From positions 3,680,001 through 3,744,000 of the forward strand of contig OZ241907.1 in assembly GCA_965203515.1 (NCBI GenBank): a stretch of 64,000 nucleotides of DNA. Direction: 5' to 3'. A program made the translations under genes and the position numbers. How positions within the stretch are numbered: the first letter of the stretch is position 1; each line of letters begins with the position of its first letter. The notes under the pieces were generated by a model that made no database searches, was not told the DNA's origin, and worked only from the letters and a program-made list of their open reading frames with translations. Shown here piece by piece: positions 56,297-64,000 of the stretch. The DNA is from Spirochaetia bacterium (GTDB taxonomy: Bacteria > Spirochaetota > Spirochaetia > SZUA-6 > Bin103).

Positions 56297-57618
56297 TCGC
56301 GGCCGCCAGGACCGTCGTCGGCATCGGCGACATCGCCCTGTACCTGCCGTCGCTGGAAATCGACATGAGCGCGCTGATCCGCCGCCGCATCCGGGAAAAT
56401 CCGCTGCTCCGCATGGCGCTCAAGCGCGCCTTCGAGTACACGCAGCAGAAGAAGGTGCGCTTCCCGGCGTGGTGGGAGGACTGCGCGACGATGGCCGCGC
56501 AGGCCGCCCTGCGGCTGCTGACGCGGGGCACGCTGTCGCTGGCCGACCTGCGCTATCTGGCGGTCGGCACGGAGACGACCGTCGACCACAGCAAGCCGGT
56601 CTCCGCCTACGTCGAGGGGATGCTGCAGGATGCCGGCTGCCCGGTGCCGGAGGGCATCTCCACCTTTCAGATCCAGCACGCCTGCGCGGGCGGCATGATT
56701 TCGCTGCTGGCCGTGCTGGCGCTGCTGGCCGTCACCAATCGCCCGGCCGAGAGCGGCGTGGTGGTCTGCTCGGACATCGCCCGCTACGACGCGGCATCGA
56801 CCGCGGAGCTCACCCAGGGCGCGGGCGCGGTAGCCATGAGCGCCTGCGTCGACCCGCCGCTGCTGGAGATCGACGTGGCGACCGCCGGCTACTCGTCGAG
56901 CGACGTCGACGATTTCTTCCGGCCGCTCGGCTCCGACACCGCCCGCGTGAAGGGGGGCTACTCGCTGCGCTGCTACAAGCAGGCGGTCAATCAGGCGCTG
57001 CTCGACCACTGCCGGCGCGCCGGCCGGGAACCGGGCGAGGTGCTGGCCGGCACCGACGCGTTCGCGCTGCACAGCCCGTTCATGACGCTGCCGGTAGAGG
57101 CGATGAGCGAGTTGGTCACCCGCCACCTGGGGCTCGACGATGCCGCCAGCCGGGCGTTCCTGGCCAAGCGCGATCTGGACGCGGCCGTCGAACCGGTGGC
57201 GTTGATCGGCAACATCTACTCCGGCGCGCTGTTCCTGGCGCTCGCCTCGGTGCTCTATCGGCGCTACCGGCGGCTGGGCGACGACATCGTCGGCCGGCAG
57301 GTGCTGCTGTTCTCCTACGGTTCGGGCAATACCGCGGTGGTGGTCGCGGGCAGGGTGGCGGCCGGGGCTCCGGACGTGATCCGGTCCTGGGCGCTGGACG
57401 AGGTGCTCGACCACACGGTGCCGGCGACGTTCGGCCAGTACGACCGGTGGATCGGCAGCCGCGACGGGGCGCTGGCGCCGCCGGCCGCTGGAGCGGAGCC
57501 GGCCGCCGGAGCGGTGTCGGCCGCCGGAGCGGTGCCGGCCGATCGGTTCTACCTGCGCGGCATCCGCGAGGACGGCTACCGCCTGTACGACTACCAGAGA
57601 GAGCCGCGCTCGCCGTAG
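56293..57618 (+). CDS. mvaS: Hydroxymethylglutaryl-CoA synthase
   Basis: VGTET..DHSK, HACAGG, DIARY, ELTQGAGA, DFFRP, HSPF, GNIYSG, FSYGSG. Confidence 0.93.
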   Translation: MIAAARTVVGIGDIALYLPSLEIDMSALIRRRIRENPLLRMALKRAFEYTQQKKVRFPAWWEDCATMAAQAALRLLTRGTLSLADLRYLAVGTETTVDHSKPVSAYVEGMLQDAGCPVPEGISTFQIQHACAGGMISLLAVLALLAVTNRPAESGVVVCSDIARYDAASTAELTQGAGAVAMSACVDPPLLEIDVATAGYSSSDVDDFFRPLGSDTARVKGGYSLRCYKQAVNQALLDHCRRAGREPGEVLAGTDAFALHSPFMTLPVEAMSELVTRHLGLDDAASRAFLAKRDLDAAVEPVALIGNIYSGALFLALASVLYRRYRRLGDDIVGRQVLLFSYGSGNTAVVVAGRVAAGAPDVIRSWALDEVLDHTVPATFGQYDRWIGSRDGALAPPAAGAEPAAGAVSAAGAVPADRFYLRGIREDGYRLYDYQREPRSP

Positions 57619-57632
57619 CGCCCCCAGGCGTC

Positions 57633-58904
57633 GTGACCCTGCCCGAACGCTTTCGCTACGCGGCGGTCGCGGAGCGGCGCGGCATGCTGCGGGCCGCCGC
57701 CGCCGCCGCCGGCCATCCGCTCGGCGACGCCGAGTGCGCGGCTGTGGGCCAACCGGCGGAGGCGCAGGAGCTGGCCGACCTGATGGTGGAGTCGGCGGTC
57801 GGCGTGCTGGCCGTGCCGGTGGGGATAGCCGCCGGCTTTCTGATCGACGGACAGGACATCGCCGTGCCGATGGCGACCGAGGAGCCGTCGGTGATCGCTG
57901 CCGCCACGCACGCCGCGCGGCTGGTACGCGGTGGCGGCGGGTTCACCACCGGCGGCGGGCTGCCGCTGGCGACCGTGCAGGTCTTCATCGACGGCGCCGA
58001 CGGCGCCGCCGGGCGCGTGACGGCCGCCGAACCGGGCATTCGCGAACGGGTCGACGCGGCGGTGCCGACCCTGGCGGCGCGCGGCGGCGGCTACCGGGGC
58101 CTGCGCGTGCTGCCGCTGCCGGCGCTCGGGATGCTCAAGGTCGAGGTCGACCTGGACGCCCGCGACGCGATGGGCGCCAACAAGGTCAACACCGCCGGGG
58201 AGGCGCTCCGGCCGCTGCTGGAACGGGTCAGCGGCGGCGGCGTGCTGATGTCGATCGTCACCAACGCGTCGCGGCACAACCTCTGCACGGCCCGCTTCTC
58301 CTGCCCGGAAGGCCGGCTGGCGCGCGCCGGGCGCGGCGGGGCGGACATGGCCGAACGGATCGTACGGGCGAACGCGGTCGCGGCCGAGGACCCCGACCGC
58401 GCGGTCACCCACAACAAGGGGATCATGAACGGCATCGCCGCGGTGGCGCTGGCGACCGGCAACGACACGCGCGCGGTCGAGGCGGCGGCCCATCTGCACG
58501 CCGGCCGGTCGGGGAGGTACGGACCGCTGTCGGCCTACCGCCGAGCGGACGGACGGCTGGCCGGCGAGCTGGCGGTGCCGATCCCGCTCGGCGCGGTCGG
58601 CGGTGCGGTGAGCATCCATCCCGGCGCCCGTTTCGGCCTGCAGGTGCTGGGCGCGCCCGGGGCGCGGGCGCTCGCCCGCATCGCCTGCGCGGTGGGGCTT
58701 GCCCAGAATCTGGCGGCGCTCATGGCGCTGGTGGGAGAGGGCATCCAGCGCGGCCACCTGCGTCTGCACGCGCGCCGGCTGGCCTTTCAGGCCGGCGCGC
58801 GCGGCGCGGAGGTCGAGCGGGTCGCCGCGCGCATCGCCGCCGGTCGGGTCGACGCCGCAGCCGCCGCGGCTGCGTTGGACGATCTGCGCCGACCCGGACG
58901 GTGA
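57633..58904 (+). CDS. mvaA: HMG-CoA reductase, class II
   Basis: PMATEEPSVIAA, DAMGAN, THNKGIMNG, GNDTRAVEA, GLAQN, EGIQRGH.RLH. Confidence 0.94.
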   Translation: MTLPERFRYAAVAERRGMLRAAAAAAGHPLGDAECAAVGQPAEAQELADLMVESAVGVLAVPVGIAAGFLIDGQDIAVPMATEEPSVIAAATHAARLVRGGGGFTTGGGLPLATVQVFIDGADGAAGRVTAAEPGIRERVDAAVPTLAARGGGYRGLRVLPLPALGMLKVEVDLDARDAMGANKVNTAGEALRPLLERVSGGGVLMSIVTNASRHNLCTARFSCPEGRLARAGRGGADMAERIVRANAVAAEDPDRAVTHNKGIMNGIAAVALATGNDTRAVEAAAHLHAGRSGRYGPLSAYRRADGRLAGELAVPIPLGAVGGAVSIHPGARFGLQVLGAPGARALARIACAVGLAQNLAALMALVGEGIQRGHLRLHARRLAFQAGARGAEVERVAARIAAGRVDAAAAAAALDDLRRPGR

Positions 58905-59866
58905 ACGCCGCAGGCGCGGCGGGCGCGACCGCGGCAGCGCACCCGAACCTGGCGCTGGTCAAGTACTGGGGCAAGGCGGATGCGGTGCGCAACCTGCCGG
59001 CCACGCCCAGCCTGGGCGTCTCGCTCGACGCGTTGCGCAGCCGCGTCGCGGTGTGGCTCGACGCCGGCGATTCCATCGAGTTGGACGGTCGCCCCGTCGC
59101 TCCGGCGCGGTACCGGCCGTTCCTGGACGCGGTGCGCCGGCGGTGCGGGACACGGAGCGGCTTTCGCATCCGTGCGCGCAACGACTTTCCGAGCGCGGCC
59201 GGCTTGGCCAGCTCCTCGTCCGGGTTCGCGGCGATGGCTGCGGCGTGCGCTGCGGCCTGCGGGGCTCACCTCGGCGATGCCGAGCTTTCCGCCCTGGCGC
59301 GCGTGGGATCGGCGTCGGCGGCGCGCGCCGTGTTCGGCGGCTTCGCGGTGCTGCCGGCGAGGGCCGAACACGCGCAGCCGCTGGCGCCGGCGGCTGCGTG
59401 GCCGGAGCTGCGGGTCGTCATCGCCGTGGTTACCGACGCGGCCAAGCCGATCGGCTCGCGCGAGGCGATGGAGCGCGTACGGCGGACCTCTCCCGCGTAC
59501 GATGGATGGGTGCGCGACAGCCCGCGGCTCTACCGGGAGGCGGTCGCCGCGGTGCGCGAACACGACTTGGCGCGGCTCGGCGGCGCGATGCGGAAGAGCT
59601 ATTGCCGCATGTTCGCGACCATGCTGGCGGCCGATCCGCCGATCCGCTACTGGCTGCCGGAGACGCTGGCGCTGCTGGCGGCGGTGGAGGAGCTGCGCGC
59701 GCGCGGCGTGGCCGCCTGGGAGACGATGGACGCCGGGCCGCAGGTCAAGGTGCTGTGCGCCGACGGCGACGCCGGGCGGGTTGCCGCAGCGCTGGCGGCG
59801 GCCTGTCCGGGGGCGCAGCCGCCGGTGGTGTCGGCGATCGGGGCGGGGGTGCGCGTTGGCCGCTGA
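58901..59866 (+). CDS. mvaD: Diphosphomevalonate decarboxylase
   Basis: PNLALVKYWGK, NDFPSAAGLASSSSG, GSASAAR, TMDAGPQVK. Confidence 0.94.
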   Translation: MNAAGAAGATAAAHPNLALVKYWGKADAVRNLPATPSLGVSLDALRSRVAVWLDAGDSIELDGRPVAPARYRPFLDAVRRRCGTRSGFRIRARNDFPSAAGLASSSSGFAAMAAACAAACGAHLGDAELSALARVGSASAARAVFGGFAVLPARAEHAQPLAPAAAWPELRVVIAVVTDAAKPIGSREAMERVRRTSPAYDGWVRDSPRLYREAVAAVREHDLARLGGAMRKSYCRMFATMLAADPPIRYWLPETLALLAAVEELRARGVAAWETMDAGPQVKVLCADGDAGRVAAALAAACPGAQPPVVSAIGAGVRVGR

Positions 59867-60845
59867 TCCGGCGGCGGCTGATCCGGCGGCGTACAGCGCT
59901 CCCGGCAGCGTGCTGCTGCTCGGCGAGTACGCGGTGCTGTGGCCCGGCGGTCTGGGGGTGGCGGCCTCGGTCGGGCCGCGCGCGCGGGTGCTCGTGCGTG
60001 CCGGCGGGGATGCCCTGCGCATCGAAGGAACCGACGGCATCGACCGGTTCGCGTGGCCGTCGCGCGCGGGCGGCCTGCTGGAGGCGGTGATCCGTGCGTG
60101 CGGGCGGACGCTCGGCCGGGCGCCCGGTCCGGCGCTGGTGACGGTCGACTCCAGTGCGCTGACCGGCGGCGGCCGCACGCCGGGCCTCGGTTCCAGCGCC
60201 GCGGTGGCCGCGGCGCTCACCTGCGCGCTGCTCGCCGGGCCGTGCGGCGCGCCGCCGCTCGATACCGTGTTCCGAACGGCGTTGCGCGCGCACCGCGCGG
60301 CGCAGGGAGGCCGCGGCAGCGGCTACGACGTGGCCGCGTCGACCTACGGCGGCGCGGGTCTGTTCCACGGCGGCGAGGAGCCGCGCTTCGAGCGTCTGCC
60401 GGCCGCTGCGACGGTGCCGGCCGACCTGTTCCTGATCTTCGGCGATCGGCCGCTGGCGACGCCGCCGGCGATTGCGCGCTATCTGGCGTGGGCTCGGGAG
60501 CGGCCGGCCGACTGCAGTCGCCATCGCCGAGTCTCCGACGCGATCGTTCGGCACGCGCTGCGGACCGGCGGGTGGGCCGAAGCGGTGCGCGCGGGCCGGC
60601 GCGTGACGCGCTGGCTGGGTGAGGCGATCGGCGTCCCGGTCGAGCCGGCCGAGCTGCGCGATCGGCTCGATCGCGCGGCCGCAGCCGGCCATGCCGGCAA
60701 GCCGGTCGGCGCCGGCGGGGAGCTGGCGCTCTGCGTGCCGGTGCCAGGCGTGGCGGCGGTGCCAGGAATGGCGGCGCCGGCGGTCCCGGGGGCGCGCCGG
60801 CTCTCCGTCAGCGCGGCCGGGGTGACCCGCGAGATCGCGCCGTGA
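59856..60845 (+). CDS. mvaK2: Phosphomevalonate kinase (GHMP kinase)
   Basis: APGSVLLLGEYAVL, GLGSSAA, GSGYDVAAS.YGG, KPVGAGG; operon position. Confidence 0.85.
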   Translation: MAADPAAADPAAYSAPGSVLLLGEYAVLWPGGLGVAASVGPRARVLVRAGGDALRIEGTDGIDRFAWPSRAGGLLEAVIRACGRTLGRAPGPALVTVDSSALTGGGRTPGLGSSAAVAAALTCALLAGPCGAPPLDTVFRTALRAHRAAQGGRGSGYDVAASTYGGAGLFHGGEEPRFERLPAAATVPADLFLIFGDRPLATPPAIARYLAWARERPADCSRHRRVSDAIVRHALRTGGWAEAVRAGRRVTRWLGEAIGVPVEPAELRDRLDRAAAAGHAGKPVGAGGELALCVPVPGVAAVPGMAAPAVPGARRLSVSAAGVTREIAP

Positions 60846-61864
60846 TCGGCGCGGCCGGCGGCAAGCTGCTGCTGTTCGGCGAGCATGCCGCGGTGTACGG
60901 CCGGCCGGCGGTCGGCGTGGGCCTGCCGTGGCGGCTGCGGCTGCGGTTCGCGGCGGCGCGCGCCGGCGACGAGTCGGCCGACTCGTCGGGCGACCAGTCG
61001 CCGGCCGCGGCTGAACGGCTGCGCGACGCGTGCCGCCGTATCGGCGCCGGTGCCGGCGCACCGCCGGCCGGCGCGCTGGAGGTGCGCTCGGAGATTCCCC
61101 TCGGGGTGGGATTCGGCTCTTCGGCGGCGCTCTGCGTGGCCTTGGCGCGCGCGGCGGCCCGGCCGCGCGCCGCCGGCGGCCGGGCCGCCGCGCGCGGTGG
61201 ACGGTCGCTGTGGGGCGTCGCGCACCGCGCGGAGCACGCCTTTCACGGATCGCCGTCGGGCATCGACACCGGTTTGGCGCTGCTCGGCGGCGTGCAGCGA
61301 TTCACGCCGCCGGCGCCGGGACGGCTGCCCGCCGCGCACGCGATCGCCGTGCCGGGGCTCTACCTGATCGCGGGATTCGTGCCGCGGCGCGGCGACACCG
61401 CCGCCCACGTGGCGGCGGTGCGGCGGCGGATGCGGGCGGGCGACGATGCGGTGCGATCGGCGATCGACCGATTGGGCGCGATCGTGGCGCCGGCGTGCGA
61501 GCTGCTGGCCGCATCCGCCGCCGATCGGGCGGTCCGCCTGGGCGCGCTGGCCGACGAAGCGGACGAGCTGCTGGCCGGCCTCGGCGTCGGCTCGCCGGCG
61601 GTGGCCGGGGTCCTGGCCGCGGCCCGAGCCGCCGGCGCCACCGGCGGCAAGATCAGCGGCGGCGGGGGCGGCGGCGCCTTCGTGGCCTTCGTCCCGGACC
61701 GCGGCGCCGGCCTGGCGGCGCTGGATGCGGTCGGGGAATCCCTGCCGGTTGGAGCCGGCGCCGGCGCGGCGCTGCTCGCGGTGGGACCGGCCGGCGTCAC
61801 GGTGCTGGCGGACCGCTGCTGGCCGGCGCCGGTCGCGCGGCGGATCGCTCTTGCCGCGGCCTGA
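60842..61864 (+). CDS. mvaK1: Mevalonate kinase (GHMP kinase)
   Basis: GKLLLFGEHAAVYG.PA, IP.GVGFGSSAA, E..FHG.PSGID, KISGGGGGG. Confidence 0.9.
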   Translation: MIGAAGGKLLLFGEHAAVYGRPAVGVGLPWRLRLRFAAARAGDESADSSGDQSPAAAERLRDACRRIGAGAGAPPAGALEVRSEIPLGVGFGSSAALCVALARAAARPRAAGGRAAARGGRSLWGVAHRAEHAFHGSPSGIDTGLALLGGVQRFTPPAPGRLPAAHAIAVPGLYLIAGFVPRRGDTAAHVAAVRRRMRAGDDAVRSAIDRLGAIVAPACELLAASAADRAVRLGALADEADELLAGLGVGSPAVAGVLAAARAAGATGGKISGGGGGGAFVAFVPDRGAGLAALDAVGESLPVGAGAGAALLAVGPAGVTVLADRCWPAPVARRIALAAA

Positions 61865-61925
61865 GGTCACCGCCTGCGGCCGGCGTCCTTGACGCCGGGG
61901 GCGGGCGTCCGCTAGCCTGCAGCGA

Positions 61926-62363
61926 ATGCCACGCGGCGGGGGCGGACCTCACAATGCCGGCATGGTGCTGCTACGCCTCGGCGTCGGCGTGGTGTTTCTG
62001 TGGTTCGGCGTCGCCCAGCTCCGCGACCCCGATTTCGGGGCGGCCTACCTGCCCGAGCTGGTCTACACGATCGGCGACGCCATCGGCGTGGTCGACTTCG
62101 ACCGGCTCTTCACGGTGATCCACGGCGGGATCGAGGTGGCGCTCGCCAGCGCGCTGATCGTGGGCCTGTTCACGCGGGCGGCGGCGCTGCTGCTGGCCGC
62201 GCAACTGGCCGTGATCGTCGTAACCGTCTATCTGCTCGCCGGCCCGGCGATCGCGGTGCGCGACTTCGGGGTGCTGATCGCCACGCTGGTGGTGGCCATC
62301 AACGGTCCCGACCGCATGGCGGCCGACGGCTGGGGCGCCGGCAGGGGCCGCAGCCGCTCCTGA
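61926..62363 (+). CDS. DoxX family membrane protein
   Basis: LLRLGVG.VFLWFG, GLFTR.AA, VRD; upstream TTGACG-18 nt-TAGCCT-7 nt-ATG. Confidence 0.82.
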   Translation: MPRGGGGPHNAGMVLLRLGVGVVFLWFGVAQLRDPDFGAAYLPELVYTIGDAIGVVDFDRLFTVIHGGIEVALASALIVGLFTRAAALLLAAQLAVIVVTVYLLAGPAIAVRDFGVLIATLVVAINGPDRMAADGWGAGRGRSRS

Positions 62364-62392
62364 TCGCCGGCACCGGCGTCACGGCGCCGGCG

Positions 62393-62770
62393 TCAAGGCG
62401 CCGCGTCGATGAGGCGCCGCTGATTCCCGCCGTCGGCGTCCATCAGGTAGAGCTCCACGGCGCCGTCGCGGTCCGAGCTGAACACGATGGTGGAGCCGTC
62501 CGGCGACCAGCTCGGAAAGAAGTCCTGCTTGTCGTTGTCGGTCAGCGCGCGCATGCCGGCGCCGTCGGCGCCCACCACGTAGATCTCCAGGTCACCGTCA
62601 TGGTTGGCGGCGAACAGTATCCGCGATCCGTCCGGAGAGAACGAAGCGTCGGTCGACGCCGGCTGCCGCTGGGCAGCGGCTTGCGAGGGAATGCGCGGAA
62701 AGCAGCCGGCCAGCAGCAGCGCCGCTCCCAACGCGATCAACGCAGTGCGCAAAATCGGCTTCGATCTCAT
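62393..62770 (-). CDS. Small lipoprotein with PD40/TolB-like repeats
   Basis: Lipobox LAGC; SFSPDG.RILF, PSWSPDG..IVFSSDRDG. Confidence 0.82.
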   Translation of the reverse strand: MRSKPILRTALIALGAALLLAGCFPRIPSQAAAQRQPASTDASFSPDGSRILFAANHDGDLEIYVVGADGAGMRALTDNDKQDFFPSWSPDGSTIVFSSDRDGAVELYLMDADGGNQRRLIDAAP

Positions 62771-62836
62771 GGCGACGCCGCAGACTACACCGCCGCCGGC
62801 CGGCCTGTCAGGACCGTGCCGGCGGGCGCCGGCGAA

Positions 62837-62865
62837 TTGACGCCGCGGCCGGCGAAACCTACGCT
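62837..62865 (+). promoter_or_regulatory. Putative leaderless promoter of the antiporter gene
   Basis: TTGACG-17 nt-TACGCT-7 nt-GTG 62873. Confidence 0.65.
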
Positions 62866-62872
62866 CTTGCGC

Positions 62873-64000
62873 GTGCAGGGGCTCGCAGCGGCGGTCGAGC
62901 GGGCCGCGGCCGTCGCGGACGCCAGCCCGGTGCTGAGCCTGGGCGTGCTGCTGCTCTGCGGCTACTTCGCCGGCCGGCTGGCCGGACGGGTCGGCCTGCC
63001 GTCGATCACCGGCTACATCGTCGCCGGCCTGGCGTTGAGCGACTCGGTCCTCGGCCTCATCTCCCACCATGCGACCGAGCGGCTGCAGGCGGTGACGGAG
63101 GTGGCGTTGGCCTTCATCGCCATCACGATCGGCGGCGAGTTCCAACTCGCCAAGCTCCGCCGCTCCGGCGCCAAGATCCTGGTGATCACGGTGCTGGAGG
63201 CGTTTCTGGCGTTCGCGGTGGTCAGCGCCCTGCTCAGCCTTCTGGGCCTGGACTCCCGGTTCGCGCTGCTGCTCGGCGGCATCGCCGCGGCCACCGCGCC
63301 GGCGGCGACGGTCGTCATCGTGCGCGAGCTGAAGATGCGCGGCGAGTTCGTGGACTATCTGTACGGCGTGGTCGCCTTCGACGACGCCATCGCCGTGTTG
63401 CTGTTCAGCGTCATCCTGGCGATGGTGTCGCCGCTGTTCGGGCCGGCCGGCGCGCACGACGGCGGCGCCCTGCTCGCGGCCGCCGAGGCCGGGGCAGAGA
63501 TCGGTCTTTCGGTGCTGCTCGGCGTCGTGGGCGGCGCGGTCCTGCACGTGATCGGGCGGCGCTCGCCGTCCGACGGCGCGCGGCTGGTCGTCACCGTGGC
63601 CGTGGTGTTCATCGTGACCGCGGGCGCTCTGGCCCTGGAACTGTCGCCGCTGCTGGCCAACATGGCGTTCGGTGCGGCGCTGATCAACCTGAGCCCGGCC
63701 AACCGGCGCCTGTTCGCCGTGCTGGAACCGGTGACGCCGCCGGTCTTCGCCCTGTTCTTCATCCTGGCCGGCGCCGAGCTGCGGCTCGCGGTGTTCGCCG
63801 AGGTGACGGTCGTGATCTACGGCCTGGTCTACTTGGCCGCCCGTTTCGCCGGAAAGTTCACGGGGGCGTACCTCGGCGCGTGGGCGATGCGCGCGCCGGA
63901 CGGCGTGCGCCGCTTCCTGGGCTTCTGCCTGTTCCCCCAGGCGGGCGTGGCCATCGGTCTGGCGCTGTTCCTGCAAGGATCGAACATGGTGACCGCCGCC
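62873..64000 (+). CDS. Cation:proton antiporter (CPA family), 3'-partial; absent from the ORF track
   Basis: Manual translation gives LPSITGYIVAG, IGGEF, ATAPAAT, VVAFDDA, FFILAGA, PQAGVAIGLA. Confidence 0.88.
   Translation, partial: MQGLAAAVERAAAVADASPVLSLGVLLLCGYFAGRLAGRVGLPSITGYIVAGLALSDSVLGLISHHATERLQAVTEVALAFIAITIGGEFQLAKLRRSGAKILVITVLEAFLAFAVVSALLSLLGLDSRFALLLGGIAAATAPAATVVIVRELKMRGEFVDYLYGVVAFDDAIAVLLFSVILAMVSPLFGPAGAHDGGALLAAAEAGAEIGLSVLLGVVGGAVLHVIGRRSPSDGARLVVTVAVVFIVTAGALALELSPLLANMAFGAALINLSPANRRLFAVLEPVTPPVFALFFILAGAELRLAVFAEVTVVIYGLVYLAARFAGKFTGAYLGAWAMRAPDGVRRFLGFCLFPQAGVAIGLALFLQGSNMVTAA

Noticed and set aside
54931..60845. Apparent long N-terminal extensions of HMGS, HMGR, MVD and PMK in the ORF track
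   Set aside because: They are off-frame overlaps with upstream genes; real starts sit at the stop/start junctions
62393..63976. 527-aa minus-strand ORF
   Set aside because: Only the last 125 aa are the PD40 lipoprotein; the rest is antisense to the antiporter

Overview
This is a gene-dense, very GC-rich bacterial window. It is probably from a Spirochaetota genome; that is an inference from the 'FATGSTEE' signal-peptide end of the solute-binding protein and the Borrelia-like mevalonate gene order. 1-26 kb is a catabolic accessory region: sulfatase, two GH32-like proteins, BNR sialidase, two PhyH dioxygenases, three membrane desaturase-like enzymes, hydantoinase A/B, enolase-superfamily enzyme, aldolases and sugar ABC permeases. 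It is interspersed with an Rpn remnant and two toxin-antitoxin pairs (MNT-HEPN, VapBC). 26-32 kb is a three-gene NHLP/NHLM peptide exporter with no precursor in view. 34-46 kb is defence-rich: AlbA_2/Schlafen-TPR protein, convergent type II R-M pair, Uma2 nuclease, orphan HsdS, and an HNH gene carrying an internal palindromic repeat array. 46-62 kb is an Fe-S/tRNA-modification cluster (dus, lipA, iscA, an IscU-like variant, queG, mnmE, mnmG, FNR, miaB) running directly into a mevalonate operon that lacks an IPP isomerase. Many genes look leaderless. Several single-base losses in short homopolymers suggest sequencing errors, so apparent fusions and pseudogenes need read-level confirmation. No rRNA, tRNA or CRISPR array was recognised. 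All calls come from motif recognition by eye; no database search was run.
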